Positions 1-11,133 of a DNA stretch of 35,533 bases are shown here, piece after piece; position 1 is the first letter of the stretch; every line of letters begins with the position of its first letter. This DNA is from Octopus bimaculoides (taxonomy: Eukaryota). The position numbers and the translations under genes were made by a program. The DNA lies in assembly GCF_001194135.2 (NCBI RefSeq), contig NC_068996.1, positions 44,452,800-44,488,332 on the forward strand, in the 5' to 3' direction. A model generated the notes under the pieces. It made no database searches and was not told the DNA's origin. It saw nothing but the letters and a program-made list of their open reading frames with translations.

Positions 1-140
1 CATACATATATACATGCATGCATATATATATACATACACACACGCACAAACATACGTACGTGCTACATACATACATACATGCATACATTCATACATACAT
101 ACATCCATGCATACATACATACATGCATACATACATACTT
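1..140. repeat. (TACA)n/(CA)n compound microsatellite
   Basis: Direct: tandem TACA/TGCA/CA units. Similar arrays at 307-400, 921-1001 and 1451-1590. Confidence 0.95.
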
Positions 141-144
141 TATA

Positions 145-306
145 ATACCAAAAGTCCCAGCATTGCCATCTGGATTCAGGACCAGATAATGCAACAGCTT
201 GGTCTTCAAGGACCCATAACTCTTAAATATCGTCCCACAAAGCAAAAGAGACTTACATGGCTACATGGAGTGATGGTAGGAGTCTTCAAAACAAAACTGG
301 ATCTCC
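145..306 (+). mobile_element. CR1/L2-group LINE, 3' fragment of ORF2 (degenerate)
   Basis: Conceptual translation across stops and one frameshift: VPALPSGFRTR*CNSLVFKDP*LLNIVPQSKRDLHG..VGVFKTKLDL. This matches the NSL..RGP.LFN.LP..LR.......FK.KLD C-terminal motif of CR1/L2-type ORF2. Flanked by (TACA)n. Confidence 0.65.
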
Positions 307-346
307 ATGCATACATTCATTCATACATACACGCATACATTCATTC

Positions 347-387
<41 letters not shown>

Positions 388-1001
388 CACACACATATTG
401 ACATATAGCCAGACAAATTTCCAAGCTTTAATCATAACCACAACGAGGAGTTTGATGTTTGAAAGCAGCAGGAAAAAAATCATGAATATATGCGCACATA
501 AATAAGCGAACTTGTATGCCCATATTATATGACTAACAAATTTAACAGCAACATCATTGATTTTTATTGACATGAGATGAATATTTGATAATAAATTCAA
601 CGTAATTTATAAGATATTAAATTGCCACAATGTGATTCATGTGTCACAAATTTCAACGGGTGAGAGTTTTTGTCACGAAATTATTGTAGATTTTTTTAAA
701 TAGTAATTATCGTTATCCCCTGAAGGCAATTAAACGTTACCGTGGACAAATAATTAGTTATGATGATTAATTTAATTCGTATCTGGTGACAGAAGTGCCG
801 TTTGTGAGTTAGAATTTGCAATAACTCCTTCGGAAGCAGTCAGTGTATTGGAAAAGAAAAATAAATTCCGTTGTATATATTATTTATTCATAGCAGTGTC
901 AATATAAGTTAATCCGATGGGTACGTACATACATACATACATACATACATACATACATACATACATGCATGCATACATACATACATACATACATACATAC
1001 A

Positions 1002-1451
1002 TGTTGGCACTCCATCGCTTAAGACGTCAAGGGTTCCAGTTGATCCGATCAACGGAACAGCCTGCTCGTGAAATTAACGTGCAAGTAGCTGAGCACTCCA
1101 CAGACACGTGTACCCTTAACGTAGTCTCTCGGGGATTTTCAGCGTGACACAGAGTGTGACAAGGCTGACCCTTTGAAATGCAGGCACAACAGAAACAGGA
1201 AGAAAGAGTGAGAGGAAGTTGTGGTGAAAGAGTACAGCAGTTCGCCACCATCCTCTACCGGAGCCTCGTGGAGCTTTAGGTGTTTTCGTTCAATAAACAC
1301 TCACAACGCCCGGTGTGGGAATCGAAACCGCGATCCTATGACCGCGAGNNNNNNNNNNCAATAAACACTCACAACGCCCGGTGTGGGAATCGAAACCGCG
1401 ATCCTATGACCGCGAGCCTGCTGCCCTAACCACTGGGCCATTGCGCCTCCA
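1002..1451 (-). mobile_element. tRNA-derived SINE, family A (about 390 bp plus an artefactual 58-bp duplication at a 10-N gap)
   Basis: Minus strand starts GGAGGCGCAATGGCCCAGTGG (A box) and contains GGTTTCGATTCC (B box). It aligns end to end with the plus-strand copy at 10197-10696 and sits inside a (TACA)n array. Confidence 0.9.
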
Positions 1452-1986
1452 TACATACATGCATATATACATACAAGCATACATTCATACATACATGCAG
1501 GCTTACATACATACATACATACACGCATACATACATAATAAATACATGCATACATGCATACATACATACATGCATGCATGCATACACACATGTTCTGCTC
1601 TATTTTATCGATTATGCCCGTCTCAATGGTATTTCTAACTCCACATCCATGACCTCTCAGATGTCTATTCAGTCACGATACACACCTGCATAGTTTGAAG
1701 CTTAGGTGACAGACGGAAGCTTTACCTCACAATGCGTTTCTGGAGCGGTCTGCACATCCCACCCTCTATTAACGCAATTGGACTTTCAGCAGATGGAATG
1801 ACAAGTGAGATTATCCTAAATAGACATCTGTATATCATTTGATTATTGTGATAAACGCTTTTACAACGCAAAAATTAGTCTCTGAATGTCCGTAATAAGT
1901 ATCTAGTGACAGGTGGAAGCGAGATGACGAGTAATCACGTGAAGCCTGAAGTTTTACATTAGAGCGTTCTTCTTCAGGAAGCATGA

Positions 1987-2057
1987 TGTGGCAACACTTA
2001 GGGGTCCTGCTGTGGCAACACTTAGGGGTCCTGCTGTGGCAACACTTAGGGGTCCCT
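1987..2057. repeat. 24-bp minisatellite (TGTGGCAACACTTAGGGGTCCTGC), about 3 copies
   Basis: Direct: two perfect units plus a third near-complete unit. Confidence 0.9.
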
Positions 2058-2106
2058 TACTGCTGCTGGTGTTTTACTGTGCACCCTGACACCAGCCAAG
2101 AGAATA

Positions 2107-2130
2107 TATGTATGTATGTATGTATGTATG

Positions 2131-2164
<34 letters not shown>

Positions 2165-2166
2165 TG

Positions 2167-2227
<61 letters not shown>

Positions 2228-2235
2228 GTGTATGT
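2107..2235. repeat. (TATG)n followed by (TATC)n compound microsatellite
   Basis: Direct. Confidence 0.95.
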
Positions 2236-2495
2236 ATCTATCTAGCTGTGTATACCTCTATCTCTATGCCTCTTTCTCTTTCTCTCTCTCTCTCTCATCT
2301 AATATAATAAATGCATAAATTAATTTGACCCTCTCTCCCACTGTTCAATGAAACTTCTACTGTTGATGATGTTTTATTAAAAGTAGTTGTGTTGATGGTG
2401 CCAGAGTTAGTAATAATAAGAGAGAGAGAGAGAAAGAGTGGGTATGTGAGAGAATGAGGGAGTGAACACTGAATTCACCATTCAGACTTCTGACG

Positions 2496-2760
2496 CCACC
2501 ACCATCAATAGATTTAACTTCGCCGCCTCCACGATCAATACTGTCTACTTCTCCTCCACCACCATCACTACTGTCTGTCACCTCGCTTACTCTCACCGTC
2601 ATCCTTGACCGCTTCGGCTACCACCACTACCACCATCATCACCGCCGCATCCGCCACTATCACAACTACAGCTCATACTATTACTATCACCCCATAACCA
2701 CCACAAAAAGGCTGAATGGTGTGTGTATGGCAGATGTGGTGGCGATGGTAGTGGTACTGT
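2496..2760. repeat. Degenerate CCA-rich low-complexity tract; first 90 bp has a 30-bp period (3 units)
   Basis: Units ccaccaccatcaatagatttaacttcgccg / cctccacgatcaatactgtctacttctcct / ccaccaccatcactactgtctgtcacctcg, followed by irregular CCA/CTA repeats. Confidence 0.6.
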
Positions 2761-3543
2761 TGTTTATCATGCAGCTTTGCAATATGTTCCAAATTATATC
2801 ATTGTTTTGCTGAAAATTGTTCATTGTTTGAAAACTGTTGTTCAAGTTTAATAAAATTTAATATGGACTCAATGCATGAAATGTCATTATTGGGCCCAAG
2901 CACTAATGAAGGGCCAGCTCTCCACAGGGGCTATCTTAAAAGCCGCCCTATATTTCATATATGTGAAACGAAGATGACGTAAAAGTAATTCAAAATGGCC
3001 ACTGACATGTATTTTATCTTGTTGTCCAAATACGAGGTTGGGCCGAAAATTTCATAAGCTGGCTATGAAGGAGCGATGCTAGAACTTTGAAATCTTGTAT
3101 GCATTCAATTTGAACGTTTCTTATTAAATATTGATTTGTTTCTTTCCAGATAAAGTATCATCTGAGTATTCAAAAACTTCAAAAGTAACTAGTAGTGATT
3201 TCGCTGTTATGGGGTATCTGTAGAGAAAAGGGTTTAGCTTCCAAGGACGTTCGTGATGATATTTAAGGATGATGCACTAGCTTTATCAACATTGCAAAAG
3301 TGTGCAGCTGAATTTAGGAGAGGAAGGGAAACTCTTTCTTGAAGGTCATCCGAAGTCTGGACATTCTGCAACTGCCACCACCGAAGAAAGCATCAATCAT
3401 GTTTACCACATAGTGATGGATGACTGGCGATTGCCTATAAATCAAATAGAAAATATTATTAATATATCTCAGGAGAGAGTTGAGAATACATTATTTACAT
3501 TATTTACATTTGACGGATATTTGTCCTCATCTTGTTTGTTGTT

Positions 3544-3590
3544 AACACAACGTTTCGGCTGATATACTCTCCAGCCTTCATCAGGTGTCT
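3544..3590 (-). ncRNA. Minimal type I hammerhead ribozyme motif (Penelope-type)
   Basis: Minus strand reads AGACAC-CUGAUGA-A-GGCUG(GAGAGUAUAU)CAGCC-GAAA-CG-UU-GUGUU. Conserved core CUGANGA and GAAA; 5-bp stem II; stem I GACAC/GUGUU; loopless palindromic stem III (AACGUU); NUH triplet GUU. Confidence 0.75.
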
Positions 3591-3649
3591 TGAGGAAATT
3601 TGAAAATTTCGAACCTGGGTTCTCATTTCTAAGGCATTTTTCGATGTTA

Positions 3650-3735
3650 TTCTTCTTCTTCTTCTTCTTCTTCTTCTTCTTCTTCTTCTTCTTCTTCTTC
3701 TTCTTCTTCTTCTTCTTCTTCTTCTTCTTCTTCTT

Positions 3736-3830
<95 letters not shown>

Positions 3831-3857
3831 CATTATTATTAATATTATTATCATTAT
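3650..3857. repeat. (TTC)n(TTA)n microsatellite inside the family C SINE
   Basis: Direct. Confidence 0.95.
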
Positions 3858-4266
3858 TCAGGTCACTGCTTGGAATCGAACTCAGAGTCTTGGGGTTAGT
3901 AGCCCGTGCTCTTAACCACTACGCCATATATGAGTTGAGAATATTCTGCACAATTAACGTGGAATGACGACAGTTTCTGTTCTGTCGCTACCACGTCTTA
4001 TGTCATCTGATCAAAAGCGCACCAGGCTGACCATACCACAGTAAAAACCTGACGTTGTTCAAAGCAGATCCAACTGGTTTCTTGAACGTTTCCTAAACCA
4101 AGATGAGTGTTGGGCGCATCACTTCGAGCTTGACACAATGAGACAATCAATACAGTGGAAGTATCCCATCTCACCTGCTCGAAAGAAGGCCAAATTCATC
4201 TGCAGGAAAGGTAATGGCCGCAGGTTTTCTGGGATACAAAAGGCATTGGGTTTATCTTCAAAAGGG

Positions 4267-4680
4267 GTGGCTGTGTGGTAAGTAGCTTGCTTACCAACCA
4301 CATGGTTCTGGGTTCAGTCCCACTGCGTGGCACCTTGGGCAAGTGTCTTCTACTATAGCTTTGGGCCGACCAAAGCCTTGTGAGTGGATTTGGTAGACGG
4401 AAACTGAAAGAAGTCCATCATATATATGTATATGTATGTATACACATATGTGTGTGTTTGTGTGTGCCTGTGTTTGTCCTCCCAACATCGCTTGACAACC
4501 GATGCTGGTGTGTTTACGTCCCCGTAACTTAGCAGTTCGGCAAAAGAGATCAATAGAACAGGTACTAGGCTTACAAAGAATAAGTCGTGGGGTCGATTTG
4601 TTCGACTACAGGCGGTGCTCCAGCATGGCCGCAGTCAAATGACTGAAACATGTAAAAGAGTAAAAAGAGTAAAGAGAGTA
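4267..4680 (+). mobile_element. tRNA-derived SINE, family B (CORE-like ACCTTGGGCAAGT motif, internal microsatellite, AAAAGAGT tail), nested in the mariner
   Basis: Head GTGGCTGTGTGG..GGTTCAGTCC, homologous to copies at 13946-14517, 17665-18145 and 23000-23462. Removing it rejoins mariner coding sequence LQKG|TINVEYYAN. Confidence 0.9.
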
Positions 4681-5394
4681 TACCATCAATGTAGAGTATT
4701 ATGCCAACTTTCTGAGGCAGTTACGAAAGGCTATCAAGACCAAACACTCAAGAAAACTGATGAATCATCAGGACAACGACATTCCAACACTTGGTTTCAA
4801 TGGCTGCTGTGCGTGACTGTGGCTTCGAATTAGATGATCACCCTCCTTATTTTCTTGATTCGGCCCCATCTTACTATTCCCCAACACGAAACAACCATGA
4901 TGACGTCATATCTTCTGTTGGTGAGGATTTTTACCAACAGGACGAAAGTTACTTCACGAATGAGATCCAAGCACTGCAACAGAGACGAAAAAAATGTGTG
5001 AAACCGCAAGGAGGACTATGGTAACATTCCATGAGCTCAGCCTATGAACTTTTCAGCCGACCCCTGGAAACGTTATGGACTACTACGCTTAAACGTTGCT
5101 GAGATACTCATCGACATTCGCCAAAGTTCTACAGATTCACCGAAGGCTGCCATCGTCCAGACGATATTCGAAATGAATAAAGGCAACTAGGTGCAGACAT
5201 GTCAATGATTCTGGACCTGAAATTGAAACAGGCATCAAAAATGAACGAAGATTCATAGAATAATCTTTCTATCAAAATACGTTTGGCTTTTGCCAGCTTA
5301 GAGTTGTTTCATTAAATTACCAAATATGTCCTGAAATACCTCTCGCACCCTGTATATATACTATACGTATTTTCATATAACCTTATAATATGTA

Positions 5395-5403
5395 GGTATG
5401 TAT

Positions 5404-5448
<45 letters not shown>

Positions 5449-5465
5449 TGTGTGTGTGTGTGTAT
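5395..5465. repeat. (TG)n microsatellite
   Basis: Direct. Confidence 0.95.
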
Positions 5466-6113
5466 ACATTAAGTTGAATAACAACATGAAAATATTTACA
5501 AAACTCAATTAAAATGTCAAGTAATTTATATACATATGAAACAATACAAATTGAATATCCAAGAAGCTATTAGCAACCACATTAAATGATCTGTAATTCG
5601 TNNNNNNNNNNNNNNNNNNNNNNNNNNNNNNNNNNNNNNNNNNNNNNNNNNNNNNNNNNNNNNNNNNNNNNNNNNNNNNNNNNNNNNNNNNNNNNNNNNN
5701 NNNNNNNNNNNNNNNNNNNNNNNNNNNNNNNNNNNNNNNNNNNNNNNNNNNNNNNNNNNNNNNNNNNNNNNNNNNNNNNNNNNNNNNNNNNNNNNNNNNN
5801 NNNNNNNNNNNNNNNNNNNNNNNNNNNNNNNNNNNNNNNNNNNNNNNNNNNNNNNNNNNNNNNNNNNNNNNNNNNNNNNNNNNNNNNNNNNNNNNNNNNN
5901 NNNNNNNNNNNNNNNNNNNNNNNNNNNNNNNNNNNNNNNNNNNNNNNNNNNNNNNNNNNNNNNNNNNNNNNNNNNNNNNNNNNNNNNNNNNNNNNNNNNN
6001 NNNNNNNNNNNNNNNNNNNNNNNNNNNNNNNNNNNNNNNNNNNNNNNNNNNNNNNNNNNNNNNNNNNNNNNNNNNNNNNNNNNNNNNNNNNNNNNNNNNN
6101 NNNNNNNNNNNNN

Positions 6114-6156
<43 letters not shown>

Positions 6157-6157
6157 A

Positions 6158-6193
<36 letters not shown>

Positions 6194-6291
6194 GTAGTAG
6201 TAGTAGTAGTAGTAGAAGAAGAAGAAGAAGAAGAAGAAGAAGAAGAAGAAGAAGAAGAAGAAGAAGAAGAAGAAGAAGAAGAAGAAGAAGA
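6114..6291. repeat. Compound trinucleotide array (TTG)n(TTA)n(TAG)n(AAG)n
   Basis: Direct; abuts an assembly gap. Confidence 0.95.
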
Positions 6292-9242
6292 AAATATTAC
6301 AAGTTAACAGCTATCTTAATTCTTCCACCCAATGAATAAAAGTAAAATAAATTAAGTACGCAACAGCACTCACTGATGATTCCAGATAAACAAATTTAGA
6401 ATCGAAGCTGTTGTCTGATTACTGCAGCATTTTTCTAACTGCTAACCAGTTTATTTCTTTTAATACCGAAAAATACAATAATATGAAAAAAAAAAAAAAG
6501 AAAAGAAAAAAGAAAGACGCAAAATATAAAAGTAAAAAGAATGAATCTGCATCTTCATTCTTGTGTCTTTTCCAATCACCGAAATATCAAATTTTTGCTT
6601 CATCATATATTTTCTTTTTCTTTTTACCCTTTAATGCACTTTTCATTGCAGCATAAATAGAATGATCGAAATATAGCATATCTTAGTTAATGTACTCAGG
6701 TAAAAAAAAAAAAGAAAATAAATAAAGCACAAATAAAAATTGTATTTTACTAAAGCTTAAAGACACCAGTATAGTCTTGTAGTTAAGGTGGCTCTTTTGC
6801 AGCAATATTGTTCCTGGAGTCGATCCAGGAACGATGTCGTTGAGCGACACTTTAGGGAAGTGTTATGTATTGTAACGACGGGTTCGTCTAAGGTTCTTAA
6901 GTGACACTTGAAGAAATGAACCTGTGCGTATATTTATTGGCACACACATACAATGCCTTGAATGTGTGTATGTGTGCGTGTGTCTGTGTCCGTCCTCATT
7001 CGTCCATCCAAATTTATATATATATACGTATATATATTTGTATATATATATGTATTTATATATATATANNNNNNNNNNNNNNNNNNNNNNNNNNNNNNNN
7101 NNNNNNNNNNNNNNNNNNNNNNNNNNNNNNNNNNNNNNNNNNNNNNNNNNNNNNNNNNNNNNNNNNNNNNNNNNNNNNNNNNNNNNNNNNNNNNNNNNNN
7201 NNNNNNNNNNNNNNNNNNNNNNNNNNNNNNNNNNNNNNNNNNNNNNNNNNNNNNNNNNNNNNNNNNNNNNNNNNNNNNNNNNNNNNNNNNNNNNNNNNNN
7301 NNNNNNNNNNNNNNNNNNNNNNNNNNNNNNNNNNNNNNNNNNNNNNNNNNNNNNNNNNNNNNNNNNNNNNNNNNNNNNNNNNNNNNNNNNNNNNNNNNNN
7401 NNNNNNNNNNNNNNNNNNNNNNNNNNNNNNNNNNNNNNNNNNNNNNNNNNNNNNNNNNNNNNNNNNNNNNNNNNNNNNNNNNNNNNNNNNNNNNNNNNNN
7501 NNNNNNNNNNNNNNNNNNNNNNNNNNNNNNNNNNNNNNNNNNNNNNNNNNNNNNNNNNNNNNNNNNNNNNNNNNNNNNNNNNNNNNNNNNNNNNNNNNNN
7601 NNNNNNNNNNNNNNNNNNNNNNNNNNNNNNNNNNNNNNNNNNNNNNNNNNNNNNNNNNNNNNNNNNNNNNNNNNNNNNNNNNNNNNNNNNNNNNNNNNNN
7701 NNNNNNNNNNNNNNNNNNNNNNNNNNNNNNNNNNNNNNNNNNNNNNNNNNNNNNNNNNNNNNNNNNNNNNNNNNNNNNNNNNNNNNNNNNNNNNNNNNNN
7801 NNNNNNNNNNNNNNNNNNNNNNNNNNNNNNNNNNNNNNNNNNNNNNNNNNNNNNNNNNNNNNNNNNNNNNNNNNNNNNNNNNNNNNNNNNNNNNNNNNNN
7901 NNNNNNNNNNNNNNNNNNNNNNNNNNNNNNNNNNNNNNNNNNNNNNNNNNNNNNNNNNNNNNNNNNNATATATATATATATATAATATATATAAATATAT
8001 GCATATATACATACATATATGTACACACCTACATATATATATGTATATATACATGCATATATAGACATAGGACATAAAAAAAACGTTGACAGAATGAGAA
8101 GCGAGAACATAAAAAACAAAAATATAGAAAGCGAACTTTTTTGCGGAGGGTGAAAGTAGTAACAAAAACAGGACAGTGACACTTTTTCTAACTCCTTTCT
8201 GTCTATCTATCTCCCTCTCTTGTTCCTCTTCCTTTCTGTTTTTCTTTCCCACCCTTTCCCTGTTCTTCTCCTCTCTCTCCTTCACCGTTCCCTTTCTCTC
8301 TCACTCTTCCTCCTTAACTCTCTCGTTGCTCACACGCGACCAACGGCCATTCTTTCTTTCTTCCACTTCCTTCCTAAAGACAAGACGTGCATTTATCTGT
8401 CTCTTCTCAAAGCTCGTTTTTCCAGCGTTCACCACATCACATCGTCTTGACTTAACAGCCCTCACCGTTTGTTTTTACTGCTTTGTTGTCACTGTCGTGT
8501 TTTTGTTACCACTCCGCAAATAATCCCAAATTTTNNNNNNNNNNNNNNNNNNNNNNNNNNNNNNNNNNNNNNNNNNNNNNNNNNNNNNNNNNNNNNNNNN
8601 NNNNNNNNNNNNNNNNNNNNNNNNNNNNNNNNNNNNNNNNNNNNNNNNNNNNNNNNNNNNNNNNNNNNNNNNNNNNNNNNNNNNNNNNNNNNNNNNNNNN
8701 NNNNNNNNNNNNNNNNNNNNNNNNNNNNNNNNNNNNNNNNNNNNNNNNNNNNNNNNNNNNNNNNNNNNNNNNNNNNNNNNNNNNNNNNNNNNNNNNNNNN
8801 NNNNNNNNNNNNNNNNNNNNNNNNNNNNNNNNNNNNNNNNNNNNNNNNNNNNNNNNNNNNNNNNNNNNNNNNNNNNNNNNNNNNNNNNNNNNNNNNNNNN
8901 NNNNNNNNNNNNNNNNNNNNNNNNNNNNNNNNNNNNNNNNNNNNNNNNNNNNNNNNNNNNNNNNNNNNNNNNNNNNNNNNNNNNNNNNNNNNNNNNNNNN
9001 NNNNNNNNNNNNNNNNNNNNNNNNNNNNNNNNNNNNNNNNNNNNNNNNNNNNNNNNNNNNNNNNNNNNNNNNNNNNNNNNNNNNNNNNNNNNNNNNNNNN
9101 NNNNNNNNNNNNNNNNNNNNNNNNNNNNNNNNNNNNNNNNNNNNNNNNNNNNNNNNNNNNNNNNNNNNNNNNNNNNNNNNNNNNNNNNNNNNNNNNNNNN
9201 NNNNNNNNNNNNNNNNNNNNNATATATATACACACACACGCT

Positions 9243-9351
<109 letters not shown>

Positions 9352-10196
9352 GTATGTATATATATACGCACACACACACATGCATATGGATGAATGGATA
9401 GACATATTGATGTGTAATTATTAAATTATTAAGTAAACGAATGGACGTGCATATTAATCATAATTTCTCTTGTATTTTACAGAAATAGGTCAACACCTCG
9501 GCGCCGAATTAATTGTGATAGAAATACTAAAAGGCTAACTAACGTTAAATCGATTTGTTTGAACTCAGAACCTTGAGATGCCGAAACAGCCCTTCGTTTC
9601 TCTAAATTTACTTCAAAATCGACCATTCGATTCTTTCATCATTACTTTACTATATTCAGTCATTGAACTGGGGTCGTGCTCATTCACTGTTTATAAATTG
9701 GTACTTAGTTTATCGATTACTGGAAAGATGAAAAGCAAAGTTAACCTCGGCAGGATTTGAACCTAGAACAAATATGGACGCGCAATCGATTCTGTCACTT
9801 CTATCAAACTACCGCCTTTATCATTTTTTATTTTATGATAAAGCATACTTGATTTCTTTTATAGTAACTTAGTGAGAAGATGTTTAAAGAAGATTTCATC
9901 TAGGCGTTTTTCTTTTCTTTTATAAAGCCAAAATTGAAGAATTCTAGCGGCAGGTGCTTAAGCAATTTTAGTTGAGCAGAGAAATACAAGATATAACGAA
10001 AGCGTGGCTGTGTGATAAAATGGTTGCTACACAATCACTTCGTTCCGGGTTCCGTCCTGCTGTAAACGATATTATATAAAGTGATATATATGTCCATTTG
10101 TTTCTCTTATCTATTTTGAGATACATTCCTTTACAATCTTGATATCAAGAATGATTGTCAAACTTCGTATCTTGTGTTATTCATTATCTTTTAGAA

Positions 10197-10696
10197 GGAG
10201 GCGCAGTGGCCCAGTGGTTAGGGCAGCGGACTCGCGGTCATAGGATCGCGGTTTCGATTCCCAGGCCGGGCGTTGTGAGTGTTTATTGAGCGAAAACACC
10301 TAAAGATCNNNNNNNNNNGCCGGGCGTTGTGAGTGTTTATTGAGCGAAAACACCTAAAGATCCACGAGGCTCCGGCAGGGGATGGTGGCGAACCCCGCTG
10401 TACTCTTCCACCACAACTTTCTCTCACTCTATCTTCCTGTTTCTGCTGTGCTTGTAATTCAAAGGGGTCAGCCTTGTCGCACGGTGTCACGCTGAATCTC
10501 CCCGAGAACTACGTTAAGGCTACACGTGTCTGTGGCGTGCTCAGCCACTTGCNNNNNNNNNNAACTACGTTAAGGCTACACGTGTCTGTGGCGTGCTCAG
10601 CCACTTGCATGTTAATTGCACGAGCAGGCTGTTCCGTTGATCGGATCAACTGGAAACCTCGATGTCTTAAGCGACGGAGTGCCAACAACAACAACA
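10197..10696 (+). mobile_element. tRNA-derived SINE, family A, with (CAA)n tail and a 48-bp flanking direct repeat
   Basis: A box TGGCCCAGTGG, B box GGTTTCGATTCC, (CAA)n tail. Flanks 10144-10191 and 10697-10744 match at 45/48. Two internal 10-N gaps with duplicated flanks inflate the length. Confidence 0.92.
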
Positions 10697-11133
10697 ATCA
10701 AGAATGATTGTCAAACTTAGTATCTTCTCTTATTCATTATCTTTCAAATACTAAGGTCCAGCAGATTTTATATTGTTCCAGATATCATCATGATTTCTAT
10801 CATATGAATTAATGATTTGCATTCTCTCCTTGTGTGTGTGTGTGTGTGCGTGCGTGTGTGTGTTACTTATCATTGGGCTATAGATTGAACACTGGTCTAC
10901 GTAGTCATTTCAGATGAATTTTATTCGCCTCTTCTAGACTAACGGATGTTACCTTCGGACAGGTGTACACACGCACTTACATACCTCAACCCCATTAATA
11001 AATTTAAAGTTTCTATCAGTTACTGATAAATTTACATTAAAACTTGTAAGGGTAATATATTAATGAGTATGTAGTGTTTTTATTAACTTTTGAATTATGA
11101 AATAATGTATTCAACTTAATTATTGTATTATGT

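Larger units (their letters stand above)
3489..3931 (-). mobile_element. tRNA-headed SINE, family C, with internal (AAT)n(AAG)n array and a 3' hammerhead-containing Penelope-like tail
   Basis: A box TGGCGTAGTGG (3926-3916), B box GTTCGATTC (3881-3873), short tandem tail (AATGTAAAT)x2, and a 12-bp target duplication GAGTTGAGAATA at 3477-3488 and 3932-3943. It interrupts the mariner transposase. Confidence 0.85.
3033..5067 (+). mobile_element. Tc1/mariner (mariner, DD34D-type) DNA transposon, decayed, both TIRs present, split by two nested SINEs
   Basis: Left TA then CGAGGTTGGGCCGAAAATTTCATAAGCTG. The right end reverse-complements to CCAGGGGTCGGCTGAAAAGTTCATAGGCTG (imperfect TIR). Transposase remnants lie in three blocks: about 3190-3488 (HTH, ..HPKSGHSATATTEESINHVYHIVMDDWRL..), about 3944-4265 (WVPRL-like, QDECWAHHFE, KVMA..FWD) and about 4681-5024 (HQDN, DHPPYFLDSAPSY = YSPDLAP motif, ..IQALQQRRKKCV). 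Confidence 0.9.

Noticed and set aside
1291-1416. 58-bp direct repeat on either side of a 10-N gap; the same pattern occurs at about 10265-10370 and 10508-10602
   Set aside because: Identical flanks around fixed 10-N spacers indicate unmerged contig overlaps, not real tandem duplications.
1983-2057. Short regularly repeated unit as a possible CRISPR-like array
   Set aside because: Units are contiguous with no unique spacers; eukaryotic minisatellite.
3850-3931. tRNA gene
   Set aside because: A and B boxes are present but there is no acceptor stem pairing; it is a SINE head. The same applies to the heads at 1380-1451 and 10197-10270.
3504-3967. Poly-Arg/Ile and poly-Phe/Leu ORFs
   Set aside because: Translations of the (TTC)n(TTA)n array inside a SINE.
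2926-5352. Outer Tc1-like element enclosing the mariner (CACAGGGGG.. / ..CACCCTGTA)
   Set aside because: Only about 7 terminal bases match; insufficient TIR similarity.
6360-6415. CTGATGA-containing hairpin (ACAGC..CTGATGATTC..GAATCGAAGCTGT)
   Set aside because: GAAA is replaced by GAAG and the stem would consume core G8-A9; not a supportable hammerhead.
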